Shown piece after piece: positions 9,103 through 16,945 of a stretch of 64,000 bases of DNA. The translations under genes were made by a program, and so were the position numbers. Each line of letters begins with the position of its first letter. Position 1 is the stretch's first letter. The stretch lies in assembly GCA_964400165.1 (NCBI GenBank), contig CAYNSX010000004.1, positions 5,380 to 69,379 of the forward strand, read 5' to 3'. Below the pieces are notes generated by a model. The model saw only the letters and a program-made list of their open reading frames with translations, did no database searches and was not told where the DNA came from. The DNA comes from an uncultured bacterium (GTDB lineage: Bacteria; Armatimonadota; Hebobacteria; CAYNSX01).

Positions 9103-9131
9103 CAATCCTTGTTTCCTCGTTTCCTCGTTTC
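9103..9131. repeat. right inverted repeat (CCTTGTTTCCTCGTTTCCTCGTTTCCTCG)
   Basis: Partner of the repeat at 8597-8626. A shorter related motif, CCTCGTTTCCTTG, also occurs at about 3918-3930. Confidence 0.5.
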
Positions 9132-9149
9132 CTCGCCGTTGGATTTGCA

Positions 9150-10097
9150 ATGATGTCGCGCCCTCTTGGAAAGGCAACCAGAGACGGCTTCGGCGAAGCC
9201 CTCCGCGACCTCGGTGCGGTGGATGCCTCGTTCATCGTCCTCGACGGCGATGTAAACAATTCCACCCGCACCGAATACTTCGCCTCTAAGTACCCCGACC
9301 GGTTCTTCAATGTCGGCATCGCCGAGTCGAACCTGGTCGGCGTCGCGTCGGGCATCGCCTCGAACGGACGCACCACCTGGCTGGCCAGTTTCGCCGCCTT
9401 CCTGATGTGCAACGCCTTCGACCAATTGCGGATGTCGGTCGCGGTGCCCGGCCTGCCGGTCAAGTGCGTCGGCAGTCACGCCGGCATTTCCATCGGCGAA
9501 GACGGCCCCTCGCAGATGGCCATCGAAGATGTCGCGCTCGCCTGCGCGCTGCCCGGCTTCACCGTCGTCGTGCCCGCCGATGAATACACCGCCCGCGCCG
9601 CCGTCCCCGCGCTGCACCGGATGGACGGTCCGTGCTACCTGCGGGTCGGGCGCCCGAAAGTGCCCGTCGTCTACAGCAACGGCTCGGCGCTCTTTGAAAT
9701 CGGTCGCGCCAATCGCTTGCGCGAGGGCGGCGATGTGACGATTGTCGCCAACGGGTTGCTAGTCGCCCCGGCGCTCGACGCCGCCGACACCCTCGCCGGC
9801 GAGGGTGTCGAAGCCCGTGTGCTCGACATGCACACCGTCCGCCCGCTCGACGCTGAAGCGCTCCTGGCGGCGGCGAACGAGACCCGCGGCCTTGTCGTCG
9901 CCGAAGAGCACCTCATCGAGGGCGGGCTCGGCAGCCGCATCGCCGTCCTGCTCGCGCAACAGCGACCCTGCCCGATGCGGTTCGTCGGCCTGACCCGTTA
10001 CGCGGAATCGGGCAAGTCGGAAGCGCTGCTCGAGAAATACCACCTGACCGCGTCCGACATCGCCGCCGCCGCCCGCGACCTGCTGCGCGCGCGCTAG
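9150..10097 (+). CDS. tkt: transketolase, C-terminal (pyrimidine-binding plus C-terminal domain) subunit
   Basis: MMSRPLGKATRDGFGEALRDLGAVDASFIVLDGDVNNSTRTEYFASKYPDRFFNVGIAESNLVGVASGIA..GSHAGISIGEDGPSQMAIEDVALACALPGFTVVVPAD.. The start is the ATGATG 108 nt inside the track ORF. Confidence 0.85.
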   Translation: MMSRPLGKATRDGFGEALRDLGAVDASFIVLDGDVNNSTRTEYFASKYPDRFFNVGIAESNLVGVASGIASNGRTTWLASFAAFLMCNAFDQLRMSVAVPGLPVKCVGSHAGISIGEDGPSQMAIEDVALACALPGFTVVVPADEYTARAAVPALHRMDGPCYLRVGRPKVPVVYSNGSALFEIGRANRLREGGDVTIVANGLLVAPALDAADTLAGEGVEARVLDMHTVRPLDAEALLAAANETRGLVVAEEHLIEGGLGSRIAVLLAQQRPCPMRFVGLTRYAESGKSEALLEKYHLTASDIAAAARDLLRAR

Positions 10098-10120
10098 GCG
10101 CCTGGCCTGACCCGTCGCCG

Positions 10121-12802
10121 ATGAGCCATCCCGCCTCGGCCCGCTGGATCGTCTGCAAGTTCGGCGGCACCAGCGTCGCCACGCGCGCTCGCTGGGACAC
10201 GATCGTCGCCATTGCACGCGAGCGCCTCGCCGAAGGGCTGCGCCCGGTCCTGGTGTGTTCCGCGCTCGACGGCGTCTCGGACGACCTCGAGCGCTGCGTC
10301 GAGGAGGCCGTTCGCGGCAAGCAGCAACCAATCCTGGACGCCATCGCCGCGACGCACTACGCGCTCGGCGACGCCCTCGGCCTCAATGCGGACACATTGC
10401 TCCGTGCCGACTTCGAGGTGCTGACCGGTCTTCTCGCGGCCATTGCGGAGGCGAAAGAGATCACTCCGGCTCGCCACGCCCGCGTCCTGGCGACGGGGGA
10501 ACTCCTCGCCACCCGCCTCGGCGCCGCGTTCTGCAACGCCTCCAGCCTGCCGACCGCCTGGGTGGACGCGCGCTCCTGCCTCGTGTCCACCGACGAGCAG
10601 CATGTCGGCGAGACGCGGCGCATGCTCTCCGCCGTCTGCGCCGCGGAACCGGACCCGGCTCTCGCCGCGCAATTCGCGGCGCTGCCCGAATCGGTCCTTG
10701 TGACGCAGGGGTTCATCGCCCGCTTGGCCGGCGGTGACACGGTCTGCCTGGGGCGCGGCGGCTCCGACACTTCGGCGGCGATCTTCGCCGCCCGGCTGGG
10801 CGCCGTCCACTGTGAAATCTGGACCGATGTGCCTGGGATGTTTTCCGCGGACCCGCGGCAGGTGCCCGCGGCGCGGCTGCTCCGGGCGCTCGACTACGAC
10901 GAGGCCCAGGAGATTGCGACGACCGGCGCCAAAGTGCTGCACCCGCGGTGCATCGCGCCGCTGCGCCAGCACCGCATCCCCCTCCACATCCGCTGGATCG
11001 AGCGACCGGAGTGGGCCGGAACCGTGGTGTCGGGTGACCCGGGCGAAGCCGGCCCGCAAATCAAGGCGATCTCCGCCAAAGGCGACATCACGCTCATCGC
11101 GATGGACACGCCCGGCATGTGGCAGCAGGTCGGTTTCCTCGCCGACACTTTCGCCGTCTTCCAGCGGCACGGCCTCTCGATTGACCTCGTGTCCACTTCC
11201 GAAATGAATGTCACCGTCTCGCTCGACCCGGGCGCCAACCTGCTCGACCCCGGCGCGCTGCATGCGCTGCTGGAAGACCTCCGCCCGCTGTGCACTCCGC
11301 GGACCATCGGCCCCTGTGCCGCGGTCAGTCTGATCGGGCGTAACATCCGAGGGCTGCTGCACGAACTGGGGCCCGCGCTCGAATTGTTCGGGGAGCACCG
11401 CATTCATCTCGTCTCGCAAGCGGCCAGCGACCTCAATTTTACCGTCGTCGTCGACGCCGGCCAGGCGGAGCCGCTCGTCCGGCAGCTGCACGCGCTCTTC
11501 TTCGAGGACCGGGCGGATGATGCGCTCCTCGGCCCGAGTTGGCGCAGTCTGTTTGCAGGCGGCGATGCGCCCGCAGCCACGGATGAAGTGACGGGCCCGA
11601 CGGTGTGGTGGCGCCAGCGGCGCGACGAATTGCTGGCCCTGGCGCGCGCCGCTGCGCCGCTCTATGTGAACGATGCCGCGTCGCTCGACGCCGCGGCCGC
11701 CCGCCTGCAGCGGCTCGCCGCCGTCGACCGCGTGTTCTACGCGCTCAAGGCCAACTCCCACCCCACGATCCTCGAGCGCTTCGCCGCCGCGGGGCTGGGG
11801 TTCGAATGCGTCTCGCCGGGCGAGATCGCCCGGGTCTTGCACACGGTCCCCAGGATCGATCGGCAGCGTATTCTCTTCACGCCGAACTTCGCCCCGCGCC
11901 ACGAATACGCCGACGCGTTCGCCGCCGGCGTGATGGTGACGCTCGACAACGCCTACCCGCTCGAGCGCTGGCCCGATATCTTCCGCGGCAGGGCGGTGTT
12001 CCTCCGCCTCGACCCGGGCCGCGGGCGTGGACACCATGCCTATGTCCGCACCGCCGGCGCGCAGTCGAAATTCGGCATCGCGGAGTTGCAACTCGACGAC
12101 CTCGCGGCGCGCCTCCGTGCATTGGATGTCCGGGTCATCGGCCTGCACGCGCATATCGGCAGCGGCATTCGTGACGCCGGCAGTTGGCTGGAAACGGCCG
12201 AGTTTCTGGCACGGAACGCAGCAAGATTCCCGGAAGTGACCGCGCTCGACCTCGGCGGCGGCCTCGGCGTCCCCGAACAGCCCGGTCAGGTGCCGCTCGA
12301 CTTGGCGGCGTTCGACGCGTCGTTGCAGCAGTTCAAGGCCGCGCACCCGCAGTTCGAACTGTGGCTGGAACCGGGGCGCTTCCTGGTCGCTGAAGCGGGC
12401 GTGCTCCTGGCGCGTGTGACGCAGGTTAAGCGCAAAGGCGACATCACCTTTGTCGGCATCGAGACCGGGATGAACTCACTCATTCGCCCGGCGCTCTACG
12501 GGGCGCACCACGAGATTGTGAACCTGACCCGCCTCGACGAACCGCCCGACCTGACGGCGAACATCGTCGGGCCGATTTGCGAATCCGCCGATGTCCTAGG
12601 CGCCGGCCGCCATCTGCCACCGACAGAGGAGGGCGATGTCTTGCTAATCGCCACCGCCGGCGCCTACGGCGCCGCCATGTCCTCGCACTACAACTTGCGC
12701 GAACCCGCCGCCGAAGTCATGTTGCCGCCGGCTACAACCGCGCCGCGGCGCACCAATTCGCGGAAAGGGCGCCCAGCGAAACAGCCGAGGCCCGCGCCGT
12801 GA
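10121..12802 (+). CDS. lysAC: bifunctional aspartate kinase / diaminopimelate decarboxylase (LysC-LysA fusion)
   Basis: The N-terminal ~450 aa are aspartokinase (..IVCKFGGTSVATRARWDTIVAI..VLVCSALDGVSDDL.. plus ACT-like region). The C-terminal ~430 aa are a PLP-dependent DAP decarboxylase (..PLYVNDAASLDAAAARLQ..VFYALKANSHPTILERFAAAGLGFECVSPGEIARV..). Confidence 0.8.
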   Translation: MSHPASARWIVCKFGGTSVATRARWDTIVAIARERLAEGLRPVLVCSALDGVSDDLERCVEEAVRGKQQPILDAIAATHYALGDALGLNADTLLRADFEVLTGLLAAIAEAKEITPARHARVLATGELLATRLGAAFCNASSLPTAWVDARSCLVSTDEQHVGETRRMLSAVCAAEPDPALAAQFAALPESVLVTQGFIARLAGGDTVCLGRGGSDTSAAIFAARLGAVHCEIWTDVPGMFSADPRQVPAARLLRALDYDEAQEIATTGAKVLHPRCIAPLRQHRIPLHIRWIERPEWAGTVVSGDPGEAGPQIKAISAKGDITLIAMDTPGMWQQVGFLADTFAVFQRHGLSIDLVSTSEMNVTVSLDPGANLLDPGALHALLEDLRPLCTPRTIGPCAAVSLIGRNIRGLLHELGPALELFGEHRIHLVSQAASDLNFTVVVDAGQAEPLVRQLHALFFEDRADDALLGPSWRSLFAGGDAPAATDEVTGPTVWWRQRRDELLALARAAAPLYVNDAASLDAAAARLQRLAAVDRVFYALKANSHPTILERFAAAGLGFECVSPGEIARVLHTVPRIDRQRILFTPNFAPRHEYADAFAAGVMVTLDNAYPLERWPDIFRGRAVFLRLDPGRGRGHHAYVRTAGAQSKFGIAELQLDDLAARLRALDVRVIGLHAHIGSGIRDAGSWLETAEFLARNAARFPEVTALDLGGGLGVPEQPGQVPLDLAAFDASLQQFKAAHPQFELWLEPGRFLVAEAGVLLARVTQVKRKGDITFVGIETGMNSLIRPALYGAHHEIVNLTRLDEPPDLTANIVGPICESADVLGAGRHLPPTEEGDVLLIATAGAYGAAMSSHYNLREPAAEVMLPPATTAPRRTNSRKGRPAKQPRPAP

Positions 12803-13590
12803 CCCCGCACTTGCTGGTTGCGCTCATCGCGCTCTCCGCCGCGGCGCTGACGCTGTTCTCCGGCTTCGGCCTCGGCACCATCCTGCTGCCGGTGTTTGCT
12901 CTGTTCTTCCCCGTCGAAATCGCCGTCGCCGCGACGGCCATCGTGCATCTGGCGAACAACCTCTTCAAGATCGGCCTCATCGGCCGCCACGCGCACTGGC
13001 CCACCGTGGCGCGCTTCGGCATCCCCGCCGCAGTCGGCGCGCTCCTCGGCGCCGAAGCGCTCGTCCGGCTGGGCACGCTGCCGCCTGTCGCCACCTATGC
13101 GCTCGGAACGACCGACCACACCATTACGCTGGTGCATCTCGTCATCGGATCGCTCATCTTCGTCTTCGCGCTCGTCGAACTGCTGCCCGCCGGGCAGCGC
13201 CTCGGTTTTGGCCGCCGCTACCTCGGCATCGGCGGCGCACTGTCGGGGTTTTTCGGGGGCGTCTCGGGGCATCAGGGTGCGCTGCGCTCCGCCTTCCTCA
13301 TCAAGGCCGGACTGACGAAGGAGCAGTTCATCGGCACCGGCGCGGTCGCCGCCGTCTTCGTGGATGTGTCCCGGCTGGTGGTCTACGGGCTGGCGTTCGT
13401 CGGCGACCCCTGGGCCGCGCTCCGGGGCTCCGGCGCGTTGGCGCTGGTCGTAACTGGTACCGTTGCCGCGTTCCTTGGCTCCTATTTCGGCGCCCGGCTG
13501 CTCCCCCGCCTGACGCTGGCGAGCGTCCGCCTCATCATCGGCGTCCTGCTGTTGGTGATGTCCGTCGCCATCGCCACGGCCCTCGTCTAG
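12799..13590 (+). CDS. TauE/SafE (TSUP) family sulfite/anion exporter
   Basis: Two-fold repeat of 4-TM units (..LFSGFGLGTILLPVFALFFPVEIAVAATAIV.. / ..GGALSGFFGGVSGHQGALRSAFLIKAGL..). It starts at a GTG overlapping the lysAC stop (GTGA). Confidence 0.7.
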   Translation: MTPHLLVALIALSAAALTLFSGFGLGTILLPVFALFFPVEIAVAATAIVHLANNLFKIGLIGRHAHWPTVARFGIPAAVGALLGAEALVRLGTLPPVATYALGTTDHTITLVHLVIGSLIFVFALVELLPAGQRLGFGRRYLGIGGALSGFFGGVSGHQGALRSAFLIKAGLTKEQFIGTGAVAAVFVDVSRLVVYGLAFVGDPWAALRGSGALALVVTGTVAAFLGSYFGARLLPRLTLASVRLIIGVLLLVMSVAIATALV

Positions 13591-13603
13591 ACCCAGTCAT
13601 CCA

Positions 13604-13654
13604 TTGACTCCCTCCAAAAGTTAGGATAACCTAACTTTAGTTAGGCACTCCTAA
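13604..13654 (+). promoter_or_regulatory. promoter (-35 TTGACT, -10 TAACCT) overlapped by two AT-rich palindromic operator-like sites GTTAGG-ataa-CCTAAC and GTTAGG-cact-CCTAA
   Basis: A perfect 6+4+6 palindrome (13620-13635) and a second near-palindrome (13640-13654) sit between the -35 element and the RBS GGGGAGG of the outer-membrane gene starting at GTG 13671. The sequence is strikingly AT-rich for this genome. Confidence 0.5.
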
Positions 13655-13670
13655 ATCAAGGGGAGGAACC

Positions 13671-14486
13671 GTGGTGACTGGCCGATTGCTGCACTTTCCA
13701 AGATTGCTGCTGTTGCTCGCTGCACTTGCCGCAGGTCTCTTCGTTCCGATGGAGTCCGCCACGGCTGATGAAGAGGACGAATATGAATTCTCTCGCCCTT
13801 TCATCACCGAATACCCCGAAGCCGACACCGAACTGCGCTTGAGTTTCTTCGTCATCAAAGGCGACCGCGAGCCCGGGCGCACACACCTAGTCCGGCTCTT
13901 GGCCGAGTACGCCTTCCGGCACAACGCCAGCATCGAGATTGAGATCCCGTGGGCCAACTTTCGGCCGGTCGGCGGTTCCTCCGTCAGCCATGTCGGTGAC
14001 ATCGAACTCGGCCTGAAGTTCGTCACCGGCGAGAGCGAGGCGCGCGGCACCGCCACCGCGCTCGGCCTCGAAGTCCGGGCGCCGACCGGCAGCAGCGCCC
14101 TCGGCATCGGCAGCAGCAGTGTGTGGGAACTGGAGCCGTTCTTCGTATTCGGGCGCCGACACGGCGACTGGGAAACGATCGGCGTCGTCCGGCTGGGCTT
14201 CCTCTTCAACGAGCCCGCCGGCGAACCGTCAGAGACGGAACTCGGTTTCGACCTCTCGCTGCTGCGTCACTTGAGTGAGCGCTGGCAGGCGCTGGTCGAG
14301 ATCAATGGCGAGCACGGCCTGCGCGGCGAGGAGGCGGGCGCGACGCTCGTCACCCTCACGCCCGGCCTCAAGTGGCGCCCCAACCCGCACCGCGGCGAGC
14401 AAATCGGCATTGGCGCCAGTTTCCCCGTCACCGGGCCGCGCGAATTCACCAGCCGCGTCTTCCTGATGCTGTTCAAGCCGATGTAA
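13671..14486 (+). CDS. outer-membrane beta-barrel protein (MetA-pathway / transporter-like family), secreted
   Basis: Signal peptide (LLHFPRLLLLLAALAAGLFVP), alternating amphipathic beta strands, a C-terminal aromatic residue pattern, and ..VGDIELGLKFV... Confidence 0.5.
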   Translation: MVTGRLLHFPRLLLLLAALAAGLFVPMESATADEEDEYEFSRPFITEYPEADTELRLSFFVIKGDREPGRTHLVRLLAEYAFRHNASIEIEIPWANFRPVGGSSVSHVGDIELGLKFVTGESEARGTATALGLEVRAPTGSSALGIGSSSVWELEPFFVFGRRHGDWETIGVVRLGFLFNEPAGEPSETELGFDLSLLRHLSERWQALVEINGEHGLRGEEAGATLVTLTPGLKWRPNPHRGEQIGIGASFPVTGPREFTSRVFLMLFKPM

Positions 14487-14497
14487 CAACCAAAGGG

Positions 14498-14570
14498 ACC
14501 AGGGAGGCGGGGAGGCGGGGAGGCAGTGGAGCATTGACTGCGTTCCCGCCTCCCTGCCTCCCTGCTTACC
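14498..14570. repeat. family-A palindromic repeat element between convergent genes
   Basis: GACCAGGGAGGCGGGGAGGCGGGGAGGCAG ... CGTTCCCGCCTCCCTGCCTCCCTGCTTACC. Confidence 0.5.
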
Positions 14571-14576
14571 TAGTCT

Positions 14577-16160
14577 TTAGTCATTCCAATCCGGCGGCCA
14601 ATTGCCCGCCGCCTTGGCGTCGGCGCTGAAAACATCCCACTCGGCATCGGTGAAGCGCCGCACGCTCCCGTCGAGCATCGCCGCGAACACATACCCGCGC
14701 GGCCAGGCGAGGAACGCGAGCGGCACCCCCTGCGGGTTCGGCCGCCCCATCACCATCTGCCCGGGCTGAATCAAGAAACTCACCAGCGCCTCGCCCCCGG
14801 GCGCGCCGAGCGAGTCACTATTCGGCAGCAAGGAACCCACCATGCCCAGGATGCCCTCGGGAAAACTTTCCGCATTCAAGTCAGGGAACCGACTCCCCCA
14901 CACCTTGAGGACATTTTGGAGTGCCGCGGACACCTCACGCATCCGCGACTCGGCGAGTTGCAGCTTCTGCTCATCGCTCAACGGGAGCCCATAGTGCGCC
15001 CGCTCGTCGAGCGTGGCGTCATCCAGGCGAAGGTCAGCCAGCCAAATCTGCCCGCCACGGACAAAACAGACACTCAATGAATCCCCCGCCCATTCCGCTT
15101 CGAAAGACGCATCTGCCGCCACCAACAGCGTGTTGTGACTCCGTCGTTCGGGATTCAGCGCCCACAGGAGAAACAAGTTGCCCTTCCACTCATTCCGCAC
15201 CTCGTCGCGCAGCGGAATCGAAGAGCCGAAGAGCAGCAAGTCATGCTTCGCCGACCAGCCGAGAATGGGGCCCGAGTCACGGGTCACGACTTGCGACTCG
15301 CCCGAGTGCAAGTCAATGACCGACCTGAACACCGTGTCCGCGGCTTGGTCGTGTGCCAACTCGACGCGAAACCGTCCGCTCGGCGATTGCAATCGAATCG
15401 GCCATCGCGTTATGCCAACAACCATATCTCGTTCGAGCAAGACCGATTGCCCCGCTTCGAGGTCGTAATTTACCAACTTTCCTTGCCGGCGTTCACTCCC
15501 GTCGGCATCCACAACACGCTGCGACGCCAAGAATTCGATGCCGTCGCCTTCGGCGTTCCAGCGCGGGATGATTCCCTCACCCACTACGGTAACCGCTCCC
15601 GTCCTCGCGTCAGCCAGCAGGACCTGCGACGGCGTGTCGGGGCTTCGCATGGTGCCAATCAGGATTCGCGTTCCTTGCGGCTCGCAGGCGACAGTCTGTA
15701 AGCGGGCGCCGCCCAACGTGTGCGTCTGGCTCTGCCAGGTGCGCGCATCGAAGACGCGCACCTCGCGCACCTCTCCGTTCTCATTCAGCCACGGCACCAC
15801 CAGTATCGGTGCGCCCTGGCACCAACAGAGGTCGGGATTCAGCCCGCCAGCGAACATCATTTCAGCCTTTAGCAAAACCCGCGGCATCCCTCCGGATGCG
15901 GGGATGACGCTCACCCGCGGCCCCATCATCCGCACCGTGGCGCCCGTCCGGGAATCAGCAACCGGATACGACAGTTCCAGATACGCGATCCACTTCCCGT
16001 CCGGGCTGGCCGCCAGCGAATACACTTCCGCATCGTGGGTCAGTTGCCGCGAGCCGCCCGCGCGGGCGATCTGGTCACCGACGACCATGACTGGATCGGG
16101 CCGCGTAGATCCCGCCGCCGCGAGAATCATCACCCAAGGAACTAGCCAGCCGTTCGCCAT
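14577..16160 (-). CDS. periplasmic PD40/TolB-like beta-propeller protein with an unassigned C-terminal domain
   Basis: Signal peptide MANGWLVPWVMILAAAG, followed by repeated ..SPDGKWIAY.. / ..GQIWLADL..-type blades. The start is taken at M28 of the track ORF. Confidence 0.55.
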   Translation of the reverse strand: MANGWLVPWVMILAAAGSTRPDPVMVVGDQIARAGGSRQLTHDAEVYSLAASPDGKWIAYLELSYPVADSRTGATVRMMGPRVSVIPASGGMPRVLLKAEMMFAGGLNPDLCWCQGAPILVVPWLNENGEVREVRVFDARTWQSQTHTLGGARLQTVACEPQGTRILIGTMRSPDTPSQVLLADARTGAVTVVGEGIIPRWNAEGDGIEFLASQRVVDADGSERRQGKLVNYDLEAGQSVLLERDMVVGITRWPIRLQSPSGRFRVELAHDQAADTVFRSVIDLHSGESQVVTRDSGPILGWSAKHDLLLFGSSIPLRDEVRNEWKGNLFLLWALNPERRSHNTLLVAADASFEAEWAGDSLSVCFVRGGQIWLADLRLDDATLDERAHYGLPLSDEQKLQLAESRMREVSAALQNVLKVWGSRFPDLNAESFPEGILGMVGSLLPNSDSLGAPGGEALVSFLIQPGQMVMGRPNPQGVPLAFLAWPRGYVFAAMLDGSVRRFTDAEWDVFSADAKAAGNWPPDWND

Positions 16161-16244
16161 CCTGCACCTCCCCGCTGCGTTCACTCGCCTGCCGATTCTA
16201 CTCTCCCCGCCCCCGAAAACAACCGGGCCGCGATACGACAAAGT

Positions 16245-16312
16245 GACCAGGAAGGCGGGAACGCAGGGAGGCAGTGACTGCCTTCCTGCCTTCCCGCCTC
16301 CCCGGTTCCTAG
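16245..16312. repeat. family-A palindromic repeat element abutting the stop codon of the peroxiredoxin gene
   Basis: GACCAGGAAGGCGGGAACGCAGGGAGGCAGTG-ACTGCCTTCCTGCCTTCCCGCCTCCCCGGTTCCTAG is a near-perfect palindrome. The TAG stop of the upstream gene lies at its edge. Confidence 0.5.
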
Positions 16313-16914
16313 TTTTTGCCCTGCAGTTCCGCGAGCTTCTTTGCCAGGTCGGCGCCGTGCGTCTTCACACTCACCTTCAGATCGATGTAGCGGACAACGC
16401 CGTCCGGGTCAATGATGAAGGTGCCGCGCTTGGACATGAATTGGACATCGAAGCCGCGCGCTTTCATTTGGGCTTGCTGGTCAGCCGTCAGCATCTGCAG
16501 CATCCCGTAGGACTTCGAGATCTTGCCGTCGGCGTCTACCAGCAGCGGAAACTGGAAGTTGTTCTTCTCGGCGAACTCCTTGTGCGTCTCCTTGCCCTGC
16601 GCGCTGATGATGAAAATGGAAGCGTTGAGTGCTTTCAGATTGGCTTGCTCATCACGGAGCGAGCACCCCTGCAGCGTTCAGCCCCCCGTATTGTCGAGGA
16701 CATAGAACGAGAGGATGACCCAGTCCTTCCCCTTGTGGTCGGCGAGGCGCTGTCGCTTGTCGTTCTGATCGGTGGTGTCGAAGAGGGGGGCCTTGTCGCC
16801 CGCCTTCAGTTGCGGTTCGTCCACTGTCGGTCCTTCCGCGGCGGTCACGCGCGGCGCCGCCAGCATCACGGCGACCAGCGCGCACACGCCCAGCATCCGA
16901 ATGGCTTGTCGCAT
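16309..16914 (-). CDS. secreted BCP/PrxQ-type peroxiredoxin with in-frame TGA (candidate selenocysteine) at the peroxidatic-Cys position; 201 codons if read through
   Basis: Track ORFs 16678..17013 and 16309..16503 lie in the same frame and are separated only by a TGA at 16678-16680. The read-through product ..WVILSFYVLDNTGG[TGA]TLQGCSLRDEQ..GTFIIDPDGVVRYI.. aligns with E. coli Bcp ..[23 protein letters not shown].., so the TGA sits on CP and the resolving Cys is kept. An N-terminal signal peptide (MRQAIRMLGVCALVAVMLAAPRVTA) is present. Confidence 0.6.
16643..16664 (-). ncRNA. candidate bacterial SECIS hairpin 14 nt downstream of the in-frame UGA
   Basis: mRNA UGA-ACGCUGCAGGGGU-[GCUcGCUC-CGUGAU-GAGCaAGC]: an 8-position stem with one C.A mismatch and a 6-nt apical loop containing GU at +26/+27 relative to the U of UGA. 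The spacing is close to the 11-nt-spacer / apical G,U rule known from E. coli fdhF. Confidence 0.35.
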
Positions 16915-16945
16915 TGCGCTCTCCAATTCTCCAGCCCCGCGTATC

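Noticed and set aside
10094-12346. 750-aa minus-strand ORF
   Set aside because: Antisense to the LysC-LysA fusion gene; Arg-rich junk translation with no motifs.
16652-16885. 77-aa ORF in another frame spanning the TGA region (..GGLNAAGVLAP)
   Set aside because: The in-frame read-through product aligns perfectly with BCP across the TGA, whereas this alternative frame gives no homology.
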